NCBI GenBank assembly: GCA_964106915.2
Contig: OZ066915.1
Length of the DNA stretch: 64,000 bases
DNA from: Podarcis gaigeae
Lineage: Eukaryota
Reading direction: 5' to 3' (one strand)
Shown here: in pieces, positions 1-64,000 of the stretch
Position numbering within the stretch: the first letter of the stretch is position 1
Layout of the letters: each line of letters begins with the position of its first letter
Notes under the pieces: generated by a model
What the model was told of the DNA's origin: nothing
Databases searched by the model: none
Seen by the model: the letters and a program-made list of their open reading frames with translations, nothing else
Translations under genes and position numbers: made by a program

Positions 1-12
1 GGTACCACTGTA
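1..12. mobile_element. Terminal end of a Tc1/mariner (Tigger-like) MITE cut by the window edge
   Basis: ggtaccactg-ta is the reverse complement of the ta-cagtggtacc terminus seen at 30390 and 33758. Confidence 0.5.
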
Positions 13-326
13 CCACCTTTGTCTTGGTAGACTGCAGTGTCAGTGCATTGAAAGTAAATGGGAAAAACAAGCTGAAATGCAGATACTTGCATGGCTACAG
101 ATGGGGCCCTTACTAAGCAAGCATGAGCATTACATTGGAGCAAATATGCTTCTTTTACAGAAATGGCCTGGTTTCATAGGATGTTTCGCTTTCATAAGCA
201 TCCATTTCTGCAGAATCTGCTAAATCCCCTATTTGGGTATACATCCTTGAGATTATTCAGTGCTCTGGCTATAGAATCTGCTGAGTTTGAGAAACCAGCC
301 AATTCAGGTTCATGTATTAATAGTGA

Positions 327-63591
<63,265 letters not shown>

Positions 63592-64000
63592 AGCTTCCCC
63601 CACACCATATCTTACAGCGGGTATTCCCGCCAATGTGACTTTCGCTCCATGCATTTGGAAGAGGAGGAAGAAGAGGCCCTTACTGGCCACCAAATTGCCT
63701 TGTGGCCCTAGACTTGCCTTAGGCAACACTGGCACACTACCTGGTCATGCAGGTCAGCCCCAGCATACTGCTGCCTGGCTTTGCCATGATGTAGCCTGCT
63801 TTGGATATAGGTACCACTGCTTCTTTATATGTATTAAAACTGTCTTCGTTCAGTGCTCTTTGTCTTCAAGGTATCCATTGTAAAGCCATTTTCTAAGGCA
63901 CTGGGCGATAGGATTACCCCTCTGTCCCTTCTGATACACCATTCCCAAGCAGAAGTTTCTGACACCTGCCTCTTCCCCTTTTCTATGCATGTTTAGCTGT
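63592..64000 (+). other. MYH10: MYH10 3' UTR (partial); possible proximal poly(A) signal ATTAAA at 63833-63838
   Basis: Follows the stop codon; ATTAAA is followed by GT/T-rich sequence; its use is unproven. Confidence 0.7.

Overview
Vertebrate genomic DNA from a squamate reptile. A Sauria SINE and typical lizard MITEs suggest a lacertid, which is an inference. The window holds the whole coding region of MYH10 (non-muscle myosin heavy chain IIB) on the + strand. I traced 40 constitutive coding exons by hand (399..63591); they join in frame to 5931 nt = 1976 aa + stop, the same length as canonical human NMHC-IIB. Three frame-preserving cassette exons are not shown by the ORF track: the 30-nt loop-1 B1/N30 exon (PESPKPVKHQ, non-canonical GC donor), an 18-nt microexon (SGSLLY) and the 63-nt loop-2 B2 exon. 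One intron is U12-type. The promoter and non-coding first exon are not evident and probably lie upstream; the 3' UTR runs off the end. Introns hold SINEs, CR1/L2 fragments and many hAT and Tc1/mariner MITEs, including a ~417-bp foldback dimer. I found no clearly new biological system. The best leads are RNA-level: a possible tail-less C-terminal isoform encoded in the last intron, a 4x TACTAAC array with a candidate cryptic exon behind it, and MITE-derived hairpins near regulated exons.
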